NCBI GenBank assembly: GCA_964389465.1
Contig: CAYMDK010000005.1
Span: 22,169 to 86,168 of the forward strand
DNA length: 64,000 nucleotides
Origin: an uncultured archaeon
GTDB taxonomy: Archaea > Thermoplasmatota > Poseidoniia > MGIII > CG-Epi1
Reading direction: 5' to 3'
In this document: piece by piece, positions 47,074 through 55,068 of the stretch
Layout of the letters: every line of letters begins with the position of its first letter
How positions within the stretch are numbered: position 1 is the first letter of the stretch
Notes under the pieces: model-generated
What the model was told of the DNA's origin: nothing
Databases searched by the model: none
What the model saw: the letters and a program-made list of their open reading frames with translations, nothing else
Translations under genes and position numbers: made by a program

Positions 47074-48414
47074 ATGGCGTATCCCGAGTTCCCCGACCAC
47101 TCGCGCTTCACCCCCGTCGCGAGCGTGCTCGCTGGCGCCGCCGAAGGCGAAGTCACGGTGCGTGGCTGGGTCTACCGCACCCGCTCGTCGGGCAAGCTGG
47201 CGTTCGTCGTCGTGCGCGATGCGACCGGCATCCTGCAATGCACCGTCTCGCAGGCGAAGGTCGCCGCGGGCGACTTCGACGCGGCGTGCAGCGCACTGCG
47301 CGAGTCGTCGGTCGTCGTCACCGGCACACCCGCTGCCGACGACCGCGCACCGGGCGGCTGGGAGCTGCGCGTCAGCGGCTTCGAAGTATTGCACCACGCC
47401 GAGACGTTCCCGATTACGCAGGACCTTGGCGACGAGCACCTGCTTGACAACCGCCACTTGTGGCTGCGCAGCCGGCCGATGGTCGACGCGCTCAAGGTGC
47501 GCGCGACCGCCTTTGGCGCCTTTCGAGGCTTCTGGGACTCGCAGGGCTATACGGAAGTGCAGTCGCCCTCGTTCGTCTCGGGCGCGTGCGAAGGCGGCTC
47601 GTCCCTCTTTGACACATACTACCCCAACGAGTCGGCCGAAGGCGGCAAATCGTTCTACGCGCACCTGTCGCAGTCGTGGCAGCTCTATGCCGAGGCGACC
47701 ATGTTCGGCCTCGAGCGCATCTACACGCTGGCGCCGTCGTTTCGCGCCGAGAAGTCGCGCACCCGCCGCCACCTGACCGAGTTCTGGCACGGCGAGGTCG
47801 AGGCGGCATGGGTCCACAACGAGCAGATGATGGCGCAGGAAGAGGCGATGCTCGCCGCCATCATTACAGCGGTGCTGGCGCGCAACCGCCCCGAGCTGGA
47901 GCGGCTCGGCCGCGACCCCGCCGCGCTGGAGGCGGTGCAGCCACCTTTCGAGCGACTGAAGTATGCCGAAGTGCTCAAGCTGCTGAACGGCATGGGGTTC
48001 GACCTGGCATGGGGCGATGACTTCGGTTACCGCGAGGAGAAGGCGCTGACGCAGGAGCGGACGCAACCGCTCTACATCACCCACTTTCCCCGAGAAAAGG
48101 GCTTCTACCACCGCCCCGACCCGGCTGACCCCAAGGCGCTGGTCTGCCACGACCTGCTCGCGCCGGAGGGGTACGGCGAAATCATTGGCGGCGGCGAGCG
48201 CGTCTGGTCGCCCGAGGAGCTGGCGGAGCGCATCGCCGAGGAAGGCATGGAGCCGGAGTCCTACGGCTGGTACCTTGACCTGAGGAAATTTGGCAGCGTC
48301 CCCCACTCGGGCTTCGGGCTGGGGCTCGACCGGCTGGTGGCGTGGCTCTGCGGCGCCGACCACATTCGTGACGTCATCGCGTTCCCGCGCACCATGCGGC
48401 GCACGACCCCGTAG
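47074..48414 (+). CDS. asnS: Class IIb aminoacyl-tRNA synthetase, AsnRS-like (Asn versus Asp not fully resolved)
   Basis: Re-called to ATG 47074 (MAYPEF...). OB-fold region VTVRGWVYRTRSSGKLAFVVVRD. LSQSWQLYAE, FRAEKSRTRRHLTEFW (AsnRS-like EFW), GFGLGLDRLVAWLCGADHIRDVIAFPRT. Confidence 0.85.
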   Translation: MAYPEFPDHSRFTPVASVLAGAAEGEVTVRGWVYRTRSSGKLAFVVVRDATGILQCTVSQAKVAAGDFDAACSALRESSVVVTGTPAADDRAPGGWELRVSGFEVLHHAETFPITQDLGDEHLLDNRHLWLRSRPMVDALKVRATAFGAFRGFWDSQGYTEVQSPSFVSGACEGGSSLFDTYYPNESAEGGKSFYAHLSQSWQLYAEATMFGLERIYTLAPSFRAEKSRTRRHLTEFWHGEVEAAWVHNEQMMAQEEAMLAAIITAVLARNRPELERLGRDPAALEAVQPPFERLKYAEVLKLLNGMGFDLAWGDDFGYREEKALTQERTQPLYITHFPREKGFYHRPDPADPKALVCHDLLAPEGYGEIIGGGERVWSPEELAERIAEEGMEPESYGWYLDLRKFGSVPHSGFGLGLDRLVAWLCGADHIRDVIAFPRTMRRTTP

Positions 48415-48421
48415 GCGGCCT

Positions 48422-49216
48422 TCAGCCGCCGCGCTTGAGCAGCGTGCGGGCGACGTTGCCCTGTTTGTCAACGTAGTAGAGCCAGCCCCGCTCGCGCGTG
48501 ACGCCCGCGTCGGCGACCTTCTCGGCTCCGCCGCCCGGTACCGTGCCGCGCGCCATGCGGGTGCGCCAGATGTCGCCATCCTTGCCGAGGTAGTAGAGGA
48601 AGCCCGACTCCTTCGCGAGGTCGGTCTCCGCAACCACGCCCGCGTCGCCCTCGGGTTTCGGTGCTGGAGGCTTGTACTTCTGCCGCAGCTTGCGCGGTCG
48701 CCCCGGCTTCCAGCTCTCGACCGCCGCCTTGCCGTCCGCACCGTGTCGCATCAGCGACGCTGCCGCACGGTCGCGCACCTGCGGATGGCGGTCCCGGAGC
48801 GCCTCGGTCAGCGCCGCCGTCGCGTCGCCGCCGGGGAATCGCGCCAGCCCTTTCGCCGCCTGCCAGCGGACGTAGTGATCGGAGCTGGTGAGCCCCTTCA
48901 CGAGGTACGGCACGCCCGCTTCCGAGCCGACGCGGCCGATGGCGTCCATCGCGGCGCGCTGGACGAAGAAGTCGTCCGAGTTGAGCCCGCCGTTGATTAT
49001 CGGCTCGAGCGCTTGCTCGCTCATCCGGCTGAAGAGCTCAAGCGCTGACTGCCGCACGAAGTGGTTTTCGTCATCGAGATGGTCGACCAGTGCTGTCGCA
49101 ACCTGCTTTTCGCTGTGCGGAATTTTTGCTTCGAGCTGCGTTATCGCGCTGCGCCGCCCAACGTCGTCATCGCGACCAAGGTGCGAAATCAGTTCCTCAA
49201 TATCGTTACGGGCCAT
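48422..49216 (-). CDS. HEAT (PBS-lyase-type) repeat protein with a duplicated C-terminal G[FW]LYY..K.G motif
   Basis: HEAT-type repeats (DENHFVRQSALELF, DDFFVQRAAMDAIG, SDHYVRWQAAKGLA, RHPQVRDRAAASL). These are followed by ESGFLYYLGKDGDIWRTRMARG and ERGWLYYVDKQGNVARTLLKRG. Confidence 0.8.
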   Translation of the reverse strand: MARNDIEELISHLGRDDDVGRRSAITQLEAKIPHSEKQVATALVDHLDDENHFVRQSALELFSRMSEQALEPIINGGLNSDDFFVQRAAMDAIGRVGSEAGVPYLVKGLTSSDHYVRWQAAKGLARFPGGDATAALTEALRDRHPQVRDRAAASLMRHGADGKAAVESWKPGRPRKLRQKYKPPAPKPEGDAGVVAETDLAKESGFLYYLGKDGDIWRTRMARGTVPGGGAEKVADAGVTRERGWLYYVDKQGNVARTLLKRGG

Positions 49217-49275
49217 ATGTTCACCTGCCCCGACCCACTCTCCTCAGCATATTAAAACCTCGTGCATCCCGCCCT

Positions 49276-49962
49276 GTGCAACTCATCGCCCACCGCGGTC
49301 GCTCGGCAGCCGGCCACCCCGACAACACCCTCGCGGCGTTCGGGGCGGCACTCGACGAGGGCGCTGACATGGTCGAGTGCGACGTCCACCGCCTTGGAGA
49401 CGGCACTCTGGCTTGCTTCCACGATGACGCTATCGCCGACCGGCCACTGGCGCGGCTGTCGCACGGCGAGCTGGAAACGCTTGCCGGCTTCGCGGTGCCG
49501 CAACTGGCGGAAGTGGCGCAGCTCTGCCGCGACCGCGCGGCGGGGCTCGACCTCGAGCTGAAGGCAGGGGGCTGCGCGGTCGACGCGCTCGCCGCGGTGG
49601 ATGGCCTTGCGGGGTTGTGGGTCAAGTCGTTCTATGACGACGTCGTGCGCGAAGTGCGCGCGGCGCAGCCCGACGCACACGTCGGGCTGCTGCTGGGCGT
49701 CCCGCGCGGCGGGCTGCGCGTCCGCTTCGGCGAGCTGTTCCCCGCACGGCGGCTGCGAGCCTGTGGCGCGCGTTACGTCGCGCCCAACTGGCGGTTGCTG
49801 CGGCTCGGATTCCTGCGCCGGATGCGGAGCGCTGGATTCCCAGTGCTGGTCTGGACTGTCAACGATTCCCGGCAGGCGCAGGCGCTGGCGGCCGCCGGGG
49901 TTGCGGCCATCGCCACCGACCACCCGGCGGAGCTGCGCGGCGTGCTCGAACCGCGCGCTTAA
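49276..49962 (+). CDS. Glycerophosphodiester phosphodiesterase family protein
   Basis: Re-called to GTG 49276 (VQLIAHRGRSAAGHPDNTLAAFGAALDEGADMVECDVH), the GDPD signature. VWTVND is present near the C-terminus. A TATA-like ATATTAAAA at 49249-49257 lies ~23 nt upstream. Confidence 0.8.
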   Translation: MQLIAHRGRSAAGHPDNTLAAFGAALDEGADMVECDVHRLGDGTLACFHDDAIADRPLARLSHGELETLAGFAVPQLAEVAQLCRDRAAGLDLELKAGGCAVDALAAVDGLAGLWVKSFYDDVVREVRAAQPDAHVGLLLGVPRGGLRVRFGELFPARRLRACGARYVAPNWRLLRLGFLRRMRSAGFPVLVWTVNDSRQAQALAAAGVAAIATDHPAELRGVLEPRA

Positions 49963-49974
49963 AGCGGCCGGCAG

Positions 49975-51252
49975 GTGCGCGCGGGCGTGGACCTTGAAGC
50001 GATTGCGGAACTTGCACAACGCGAGCGGCTCTGCCTCGGCTGCACCGGCCGGCTGGCTGCCCGGCGGGGCCACGGGCTGGCCAATCGCGAGCGCGGACAG
50101 GCACTGCTCGCGACGCGGGCGATGCTGGCGGAGGCCGTCGACGAAGCGGGCGCGGCGCCGTTCTTCCACGGCGGCGCGCCCGCCCCCGCCCCGGACGAGT
50201 GCGGCCTCTGCGCAGGCTTGTGCGGCGAGGTGGAGTCGCTGGCGCAGCTGGTGCTCGACGCCGTTGAAGGCGTCGAACTGGCGACATTCCAGGTCGGCAC
50301 GCTGGTTGACGCCGAAATCCTGTCGCGCGAGAAGGAGTTGCAGGCCGAGCTCGGCAATCACGGCGAGCCGCTCAAGTCGCAGCTGAATCGCGAAATCGGC
50401 TCGCGTGTCGCCGACGCGAGCGGCATCGAGCCGCAGCGCGACAGCCCGGACGCGGTCATCGTGGTCGACACGCGTTACGACACCGTCGACCTGCAAATCC
50501 GTTCGCTCTTCATCGAGGGCCGCTACACAAAAGCGGACCGCACCATCCCGCAGACGCGCTGGCCCTGCCGCCACTGCCGCGGCAGGGGGTGCGAGCGGTG
50601 CGACGGCAGTGGCCAGATGTATCCCGATTCGGTCCAGTCGCTGGTCGCCGGACCGCTGCTCGAGGCGTCCGGCGCCCTCGAAGATAAATTTCACGGCATG
50701 GGGCGCGAGGATATCGACGCCGCGATGCTCGGCGCGGGGCGGCCGTTTGTGCTCGAGCTGCGGCAGCCGCGGGTGCGCAGCCTTGACCTGCCAGCGCTCG
50801 AAAAGGCAATCAACGCCGCCGCCGACGGCCGCATCACCGCCAACGGACTGGCGTGGGTGCCGCGGTCACGCGTCGCGGAACTCAAGGAGACGGTCTGCGA
50901 CAAGACCTACCGCGTCGACATCCGCTGCGACCCGCCGGTTGAAATCGAAAGGCTTAAGAAAGGCGCGCAGCGGTTGGCCGGCGAGGTCGTCGAACAGCGC
51001 ACTCCCACCCGGGTGTCCCATCGACGAGCGGACCTGGTCCGGCCACGCCGTGTCGAGAGCATGAAACTGCTTTCCACCGACGGTGCGACTGCCGAACTGG
51101 AAATCCGTGCGCAGCATGGGACCTACATCCGGGAACTGGTGAGTGGCGATGGCGGGCGCACGTCGCCCAGCCTCGCCGAGCTGGTCGGCGCCGAATGCCG
51201 GGTGGAAGTGCTGGACGTCCTGCACTTGCATCTGGAGGAGCCAGAAACATGA
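49975..51252 (+). CDS. pus10: tRNA pseudouridine(54/55) synthase Pus10
   Basis: N-terminal zinc-binding region CLGCTGR...CGLCAGLC. A THUMP-like middle, then RYTKADRTIPQTRWPCRHCRGRGCERCDGSGQ, GREDIDA, and GTYIRELVSGDGGRTSPS. GTG start. Confidence 0.85.
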   Translation: MRAGVDLEAIAELAQRERLCLGCTGRLAARRGHGLANRERGQALLATRAMLAEAVDEAGAAPFFHGGAPAPAPDECGLCAGLCGEVESLAQLVLDAVEGVELATFQVGTLVDAEILSREKELQAELGNHGEPLKSQLNREIGSRVADASGIEPQRDSPDAVIVVDTRYDTVDLQIRSLFIEGRYTKADRTIPQTRWPCRHCRGRGCERCDGSGQMYPDSVQSLVAGPLLEASGALEDKFHGMGREDIDAAMLGAGRPFVLELRQPRVRSLDLPALEKAINAAADGRITANGLAWVPRSRVAELKETVCDKTYRVDIRCDPPVEIERLKKGAQRLAGEVVEQRTPTRVSHRRADLVRPRRVESMKLLSTDGATAELEIRAQHGTYIRELVSGDGGRTSPSLAELVGAECRVEVLDVLHLHLEEPET

Positions 51253-51539
51253 AACGGTCGCAGGGACTTCGCAGCGGATCACGCAAAAAGCTCACCCGGG
51301 CCAAGCGCGAGCGCGGGCTCTCGCCGATTACCCGCATACTCGAGCAGTATGGCGTAGGCGAATCGGTCAATATCGTGATTGACCCCTCAATCCAGCGCGG
51401 GCAGCCGCACCACCGTTTCCACGGACTGACCGGCACCGTTACCGGAATGCAGGGCAAGGCGTGCGTCGTGAGCGCCAACGAGGGCGACGCCGTGAAGCAA
51501 CTAATTATACGGCCAGAGCACTTGAGGCGGGCGAAGTAA
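51249..51539 (+). CDS. rpl21e: Ribosomal protein L21e
   Basis: Re-called to ATG 51249, in an ATGA overlap with the pus10 stop. Sequence: MKRSQGLRSGSRKKLTRAKRERGLSPITRILEQY..VIDPSIQRGQPHHRFHGLTGTV..IIRPEHLR. Confidence 0.93.
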   Translation: MKRSQGLRSGSRKKLTRAKRERGLSPITRILEQYGVGESVNIVIDPSIQRGQPHHRFHGLTGTVTGMQGKACVVSANEGDAVKQLIIRPEHLRRAK

Positions 51540-51541
51540 CC

Positions 51542-52090
51542 ATGGACGAACCACAGCCTGTGCCGCTGGGCGTAGTGAAAGAATTGCTCGAAGCAGAGCT
51601 TGGTGTTCGCGAGAACCGCCTGCGCTGCGTAGATTGCGGCCACTTCCAGCCGGTGCCGGACGAAGAGCTGGAACCGCAGCCGGCGCCTGAGCCGGAACCT
51701 GCACCAGAGCCCGAAGCCGAAGCGACGGAGGGCGACGACGACAAGGAAGGCGAGGAAGCTGAGGCGGCGCCCGAAATCCCGACAGGCCCCGCTTGCGAGG
51801 AGTGCGGTTCTTACCGCATGAACCTGATTGAGCAAATCCAGTATGAACACAAGCTGGCGCTGGACCATGTGCGACACCTGACCCGTATTACCCGCTCCGA
51901 GGCAGAGGCGGTGGTGGCGGCGCTCGACGGACTCGAGCATGTCGATGCGTATTACGCCGCCAAGATTGCGGACATCCTGCCAGCCCACCCCGACGACGTC
52001 CGCGCCATCTTTGCGCGCGAGCGGTTTTCGGTCGGGAACGATGAAATCGAAGCTATAATTGCGGCGGTTCAGGAGAACACGGAGGCGTAG
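51542..52090 (+). CDS. rpoF: RNA polymerase subunit Rpo4 (RpoF) with a ~67-aa zinc-ribbon/acidic Pro-Glu insertion
   Basis: The C-terminal half, YEHKLALDHV...AAKIADILPAHPDDVRAIFARERF...DEIEAIIAAV, aligns by eye with archaeal RpoF. The conserved gene order L21e-RpoF-DUF655 is kept. The insert carries CVDC...CEEC. Confidence 0.8.
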   Translation: MDEPQPVPLGVVKELLEAELGVRENRLRCVDCGHFQPVPDEELEPQPAPEPEPAPEPEAEATEGDDDKEGEEAEAAPEIPTGPACEECGSYRMNLIEQIQYEHKLALDHVRHLTRITRSEAEAVVAALDGLEHVDAYYAAKIADILPAHPDDVRAIFARERFSVGNDEIEAIIAAVQENTEA

Positions 52091-52092
52091 CG

Positions 52093-52632
52093 ATGGAGGA
52101 GTATGCCTGCGTCCTGGATATCTTGCCGGAAGGCCGCCCTGATGACCGACGGCAGTTCCGTCGCGAGGCCATCGTCTACGGCCTCGGCATTGACGAGTTC
52201 AAGATATTCGAGATGGCGCCGATACCGGGAGCTGTAATCAACATCGGCGACCGCGTATTCATCGGCAAGGAGACGGACGAGCGCAAGCAGATTGAGCGGG
52301 TCCGTGCCCGCGTCAGCTACGCCGAGCTGACGCACACCGCGCAGTCGGAGCTCGGCTTCCTGCTTGAGGAGCTGGTCAGCGAGCATGAAGAGAAGTTCAT
52401 CCAGTTCTACAACCACGCCGGCCCGATTTCGCGCCGCTACCACTCGCTCGAGTTGCTGCCCGGGCTTGGCAAGAAGACCATGGAAGGCATCATCGCGCAC
52501 CGCCCCTACGCCAGCTTCGCCGAGGTCGAGGAGAAGGTACCCAACATGCGGCACCCCGAGAAGTATATTGCGGCGCGTATCGAGCACGAAATTCGCGAGC
52601 CCGAGCAGAAATACCGGCTCTTCGTGCGTTAA
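52093..52632 (+). CDS. DUF655 (COG1491) predicted RNA/nucleotide-binding protein
   Basis: MEEYACVLDILPEGRP...VYGLGIDEFKIFEM..., HSLELLPGLGKKTMEGII (helix-hairpin-helix). Confidence 0.85.
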   Translation: MEEYACVLDILPEGRPDDRRQFRREAIVYGLGIDEFKIFEMAPIPGAVINIGDRVFIGKETDERKQIERVRARVSYAELTHTAQSELGFLLEELVSEHEEKFIQFYNHAGPISRRYHSLELLPGLGKKTMEGIIAHRPYASFAEVEEKVPNMRHPEKYIAARIEHEIREPEQKYRLFVR

Positions 52633-53570
52633 AGTGTCCAGCCGTATTCGATAGCGCCAGCGACAACCAGCCGCACGTCGGCGTTGCCGCTCAGCGAAAC
52701 CTGTAGGGTCCAGTTGCCGCTGGCGCCAGTCACGACTCCCAGTCCCCGGTGGCTGTTGCCCGGCGCGTACACCCTGGTCAGCTGCGCCCCATCGTGGTCG
52801 CGCAGCACCAGCTCGCCGCTGCCCGACCGGATATCCTCCTCGAGCCAGTAAACGATGTAGTTCCACGGCCCGTAGCGCACATGCCCGTCGTTGGCGAAGG
52901 CGGTGTCGTAAAACTCGAAGTCCGGCCCGGAGAACTCGCCCTCGTAGAGGTCGCCGCCACGGCAGAACCACACCTCACCCGCGAAGCCGGAGCTTGTTTC
53001 GACTAGTGTCATGCGCAGGAGCTCGCTGCCATCGGCGTCGGTCCGCACGAAGCTGGTGAGCCAGCCGCTGCCGCGGTCGTAAACGTAATCCAGCCGGTCG
53101 CCTGACGGGGATTCAGCCACGATGGTCGCCCGTCCGTCGGCGACCGCCGTGATGCTGGTGTCAAAGCGGTCGACGCCGAACAGGGAAAAATTCCAGGCGG
53201 CGCCCGCCGTGAGCGGGAATTGCAGCAGCAGTTGTGGCTCGTTCTTTTCGTAGAGTGCCATGTCCGCCACCCGGACGCGGCCGAGCGCCGGGTTGTGGTT
53301 CAGCACTGCGTGCCGCTGCGCGTCGACCAGCCGGCTCGAGCCAAGATGGTAGTCGGTCTCGTCAACGTCGCCGACGACCATCGTCGTCACCACTTCCGCC
53401 TCAGGAATCACGACCGCGTAGGTCCACGTCTGCCCCACTTCCCATGCCGGAGCGGTGATGGCGGCAGCGCCATCGCCGTCGTCCCCGCCAGGCGACGTGC
53501 CGAGGCAACCGGCCGCCAGCAGGAGCAGCACCACGGTCGCGGAAGCGAGCCTCATCGCGGACCCGAGCAC
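52629..53570 (-). CDS. Hypothetical secreted lipoprotein-like protein
   Basis: Signal plus lipobox-like MRLASATVVLLLLAAGCLG, then an all-beta-type Thr/Val/Gly/Asp-rich sequence. Confidence 0.7.
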   Translation of the reverse strand: MLGSAMRLASATVVLLLLAAGCLGTSPGGDDGDGAAAITAPAWEVGQTWTYAVVIPEAEVVTTMVVGDVDETDYHLGSSRLVDAQRHAVLNHNPALGRVRVADMALYEKNEPQLLLQFPLTAGAAWNFSLFGVDRFDTSITAVADGRATIVAESPSGDRLDYVYDRGSGWLTSFVRTDADGSELLRMTLVETSSGFAGEVWFCRGGDLYEGEFSGPDFEFYDTAFANDGHVRYGPWNYIVYWLEEDIRSGSGELVLRDHDGAQLTRVYAPGNSHRGLGVVTGASGNWTLQVSLSGNADVRLVVAGAIEYGWTL

Positions 53571-53579
53571 CGGGTGATA

Positions 53580-54686
53580 TTAGGACTCATCGCTGCCCGG
53601 CAGCCCGAGGCAACGACGCGCTTCAGCGACGAGGTATGTCGACCCCACCACCAGCGTGGGTCGCTCGCCCGCCAGTTCGAGCGCCTCCTCCACCGAGTCG
53701 CACGCCCGGCAGGCGCGCCCCAGTTTCCCGGCCGCTGCGACGACCGCGGTCGCGCTCCGCGCGCGGGGCGAATCGGGCGCGCACGCTAGCAGCTCCGCGC
53801 CGGGCGGCAGCAGCCTCAGCATCTCGTCGAGCGGCTTGTCGCGCAGGCAGCCGAACACCACTACCTCCGGCTCCGGGATGCGTGACAGCAGCCACGAGAG
53901 CGCGTGCGGGTTGTGTGCGCAGTCAAGCATAACGTTCCCGGCCCGTTCACGCCGACCCGGCGGCCGAGTCTTGCCCACCTCGGTCGCGATACCGAGCCGC
54001 TCGAGCGCCAGCGTCGTCCACTCTCGCGCCGAACCGCCGCTGGTGAGGCTGGCGCAGGGCGAGATGAACTGCCGGTATTCCGGTGGCCAGCCTGTGATAA
54101 CATGCGTGCTGGACCGCACGATGCCGGCCTTGGTGCGCGCAATCGCCTCGAGGTCGGGGCCGAGCCAGTCGGTATGCTCGAGCGCCAGCGTCGTCAGCAC
54201 CGCCACCTCGGCGTCGACAATGTTCATCGCGTCCAGCTCACCGCCAAGCCCGATTTCGAGGATGACGATGTCAGCCTCGCGCCGGGCGAACCATGCCAGC
54301 GTCATCGCAGTCAGCACCTCGAAGTAACTGGGATGCTCCGCCATCTCGCGGCATGCCCACTGCACCTCGGTGGCGAGCGCCGTGAACGCCGCCTCGCCGA
54401 CGGGTACTTGGTTGAGCCGCAGCCGCTCGCGCACGCTATGCAGGTGCGGCGAAGTCGCGCAGCCAACGCGGAGGCCGGCGCGACAGAGGGTATCCTCGAG
54501 CAGCCAGCAAGTGCTGCCCTTGCCGTTGGTGCCGCCCACGATGACTACGCGCAGTTGCGCCTGTGGGTCTCCGAGCGCAGCCATCAGCGTCCGGATGCGT
54601 GCCAGCCCCGGTTTCACCTCAGACTCACCAAGTTTATCGAGCCAGGTGAGTGCAGATTGATAATCCCATTTTTCTCGACGATTCAT
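53580..54686 (-). CDS. folC: Folylpolyglutamate synthase / dihydrofolate synthase (Mur ligase family)
   Basis: VIVGGTNGKGSTC (P-loop), plus ILEIGLGGELDAMN and a HNPHA region. Re-called to ATG 54686 (MNRREKWDYQSALTWL); the track uses GTG 54713. Confidence 0.85.
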   Translation of the reverse strand: MNRREKWDYQSALTWLDKLGESEVKPGLARIRTLMAALGDPQAQLRVVIVGGTNGKGSTCWLLEDTLCRAGLRVGCATSPHLHSVRERLRLNQVPVGEAAFTALATEVQWACREMAEHPSYFEVLTAMTLAWFARREADIVILEIGLGGELDAMNIVDAEVAVLTTLALEHTDWLGPDLEAIARTKAGIVRSSTHVITGWPPEYRQFISPCASLTSGGSAREWTTLALERLGIATEVGKTRPPGRRERAGNVMLDCAHNPHALSWLLSRIPEPEVVVFGCLRDKPLDEMLRLLPPGAELLACAPDSPRARSATAVVAAAGKLGRACRACDSVEEALELAGERPTLVVGSTYLVAEARRCLGLPGSDES

Positions 54687-54694
54687 ATTTAAAT

Positions 54695-54985
54695 CTACTC
54701 GATGGATTCCCACTCGACCGTATCAGGCAGTACAATGCCCTGGTCACGCAGGATTTCGCGAAACGCCTCGGGGCGCAGCGAGGCAATCTCGGCGCCCTTG
54801 GTCAGCGTCGCCTGGCCGCTGCGGTAGAGTTCGACCGCCGCGGCGGCCCGGAAATGCTGTTTTTCTTCGAGGAAGAAGCGCAGTGCTTCCTTGACTACGT
54901 CGGAGCGGCTGCTGAAATGACCTGAAGCGACAAGGGCGCCAATCTGTGCAACCAGCAGTGTGGGGAGCGAAAAGGAGCTGCTCAT
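54695..54985 (-). CDS. Ribbon-helix-helix (ParD/CopG-like) plus UPF0175-like fusion protein
   Basis: The N-terminus LPTLLVAQIGALVASGHFSSRSDVVKEALRFFLEE follows the ParD-type RHH pattern. The C-terminus AVELYRSGQATLTKGAEIASLRPEAFREILRDQGI follows the UPF0175 pattern. Confidence 0.7.
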   Translation of the reverse strand: MSSSFSLPTLLVAQIGALVASGHFSSRSDVVKEALRFFLEEKQHFRAAAAVELYRSGQATLTKGAEIASLRPEAFREILRDQGIVLPDTVEWESIE

Positions 54986-55068
54986 AAAATAATAATTAGC
55001 AACTATTATTTATAATTAATTAGCAACCTTTATATGGGGTGTGTTTGTCGAATAGCTCGGTGCGTAAT
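54986..55068. promoter_or_regulatory. AT-rich divergent promoter region with 10-bp direct repeat AATTAGCAAC
   Basis: AATTAGCAAC at 54994-55003 and 55018-55027 (24-bp period). TTTATAT at 55029-55035. GGTG at 55059-62, 7 nt before ATG 55069. Confidence 0.35.

Noticed and set aside
46513-48741. 742-aa ORF on the minus strand, the second-longest ORF in this part of the track
   Set aside because: It is antisense to the LysE exporter and AsnRS-like genes, which carry clear family motifs. Its translation is Arg/Ala/Gly/Pro-rich low-complexity sequence, typical of off-frame reading of GC-rich DNA.
51650-51760. Pro/Glu-rich stretch (PAPEPEPAPEPEAEA...) in rpoF considered as a microsatellite or assembly artefact
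   Set aside because: The nucleotide sequence is an imperfect, non-periodic mix of GAR/CCN codons. It stays in frame and is flanked by paired CxxC motifs, which is more consistent with a genuine low-complexity linker.
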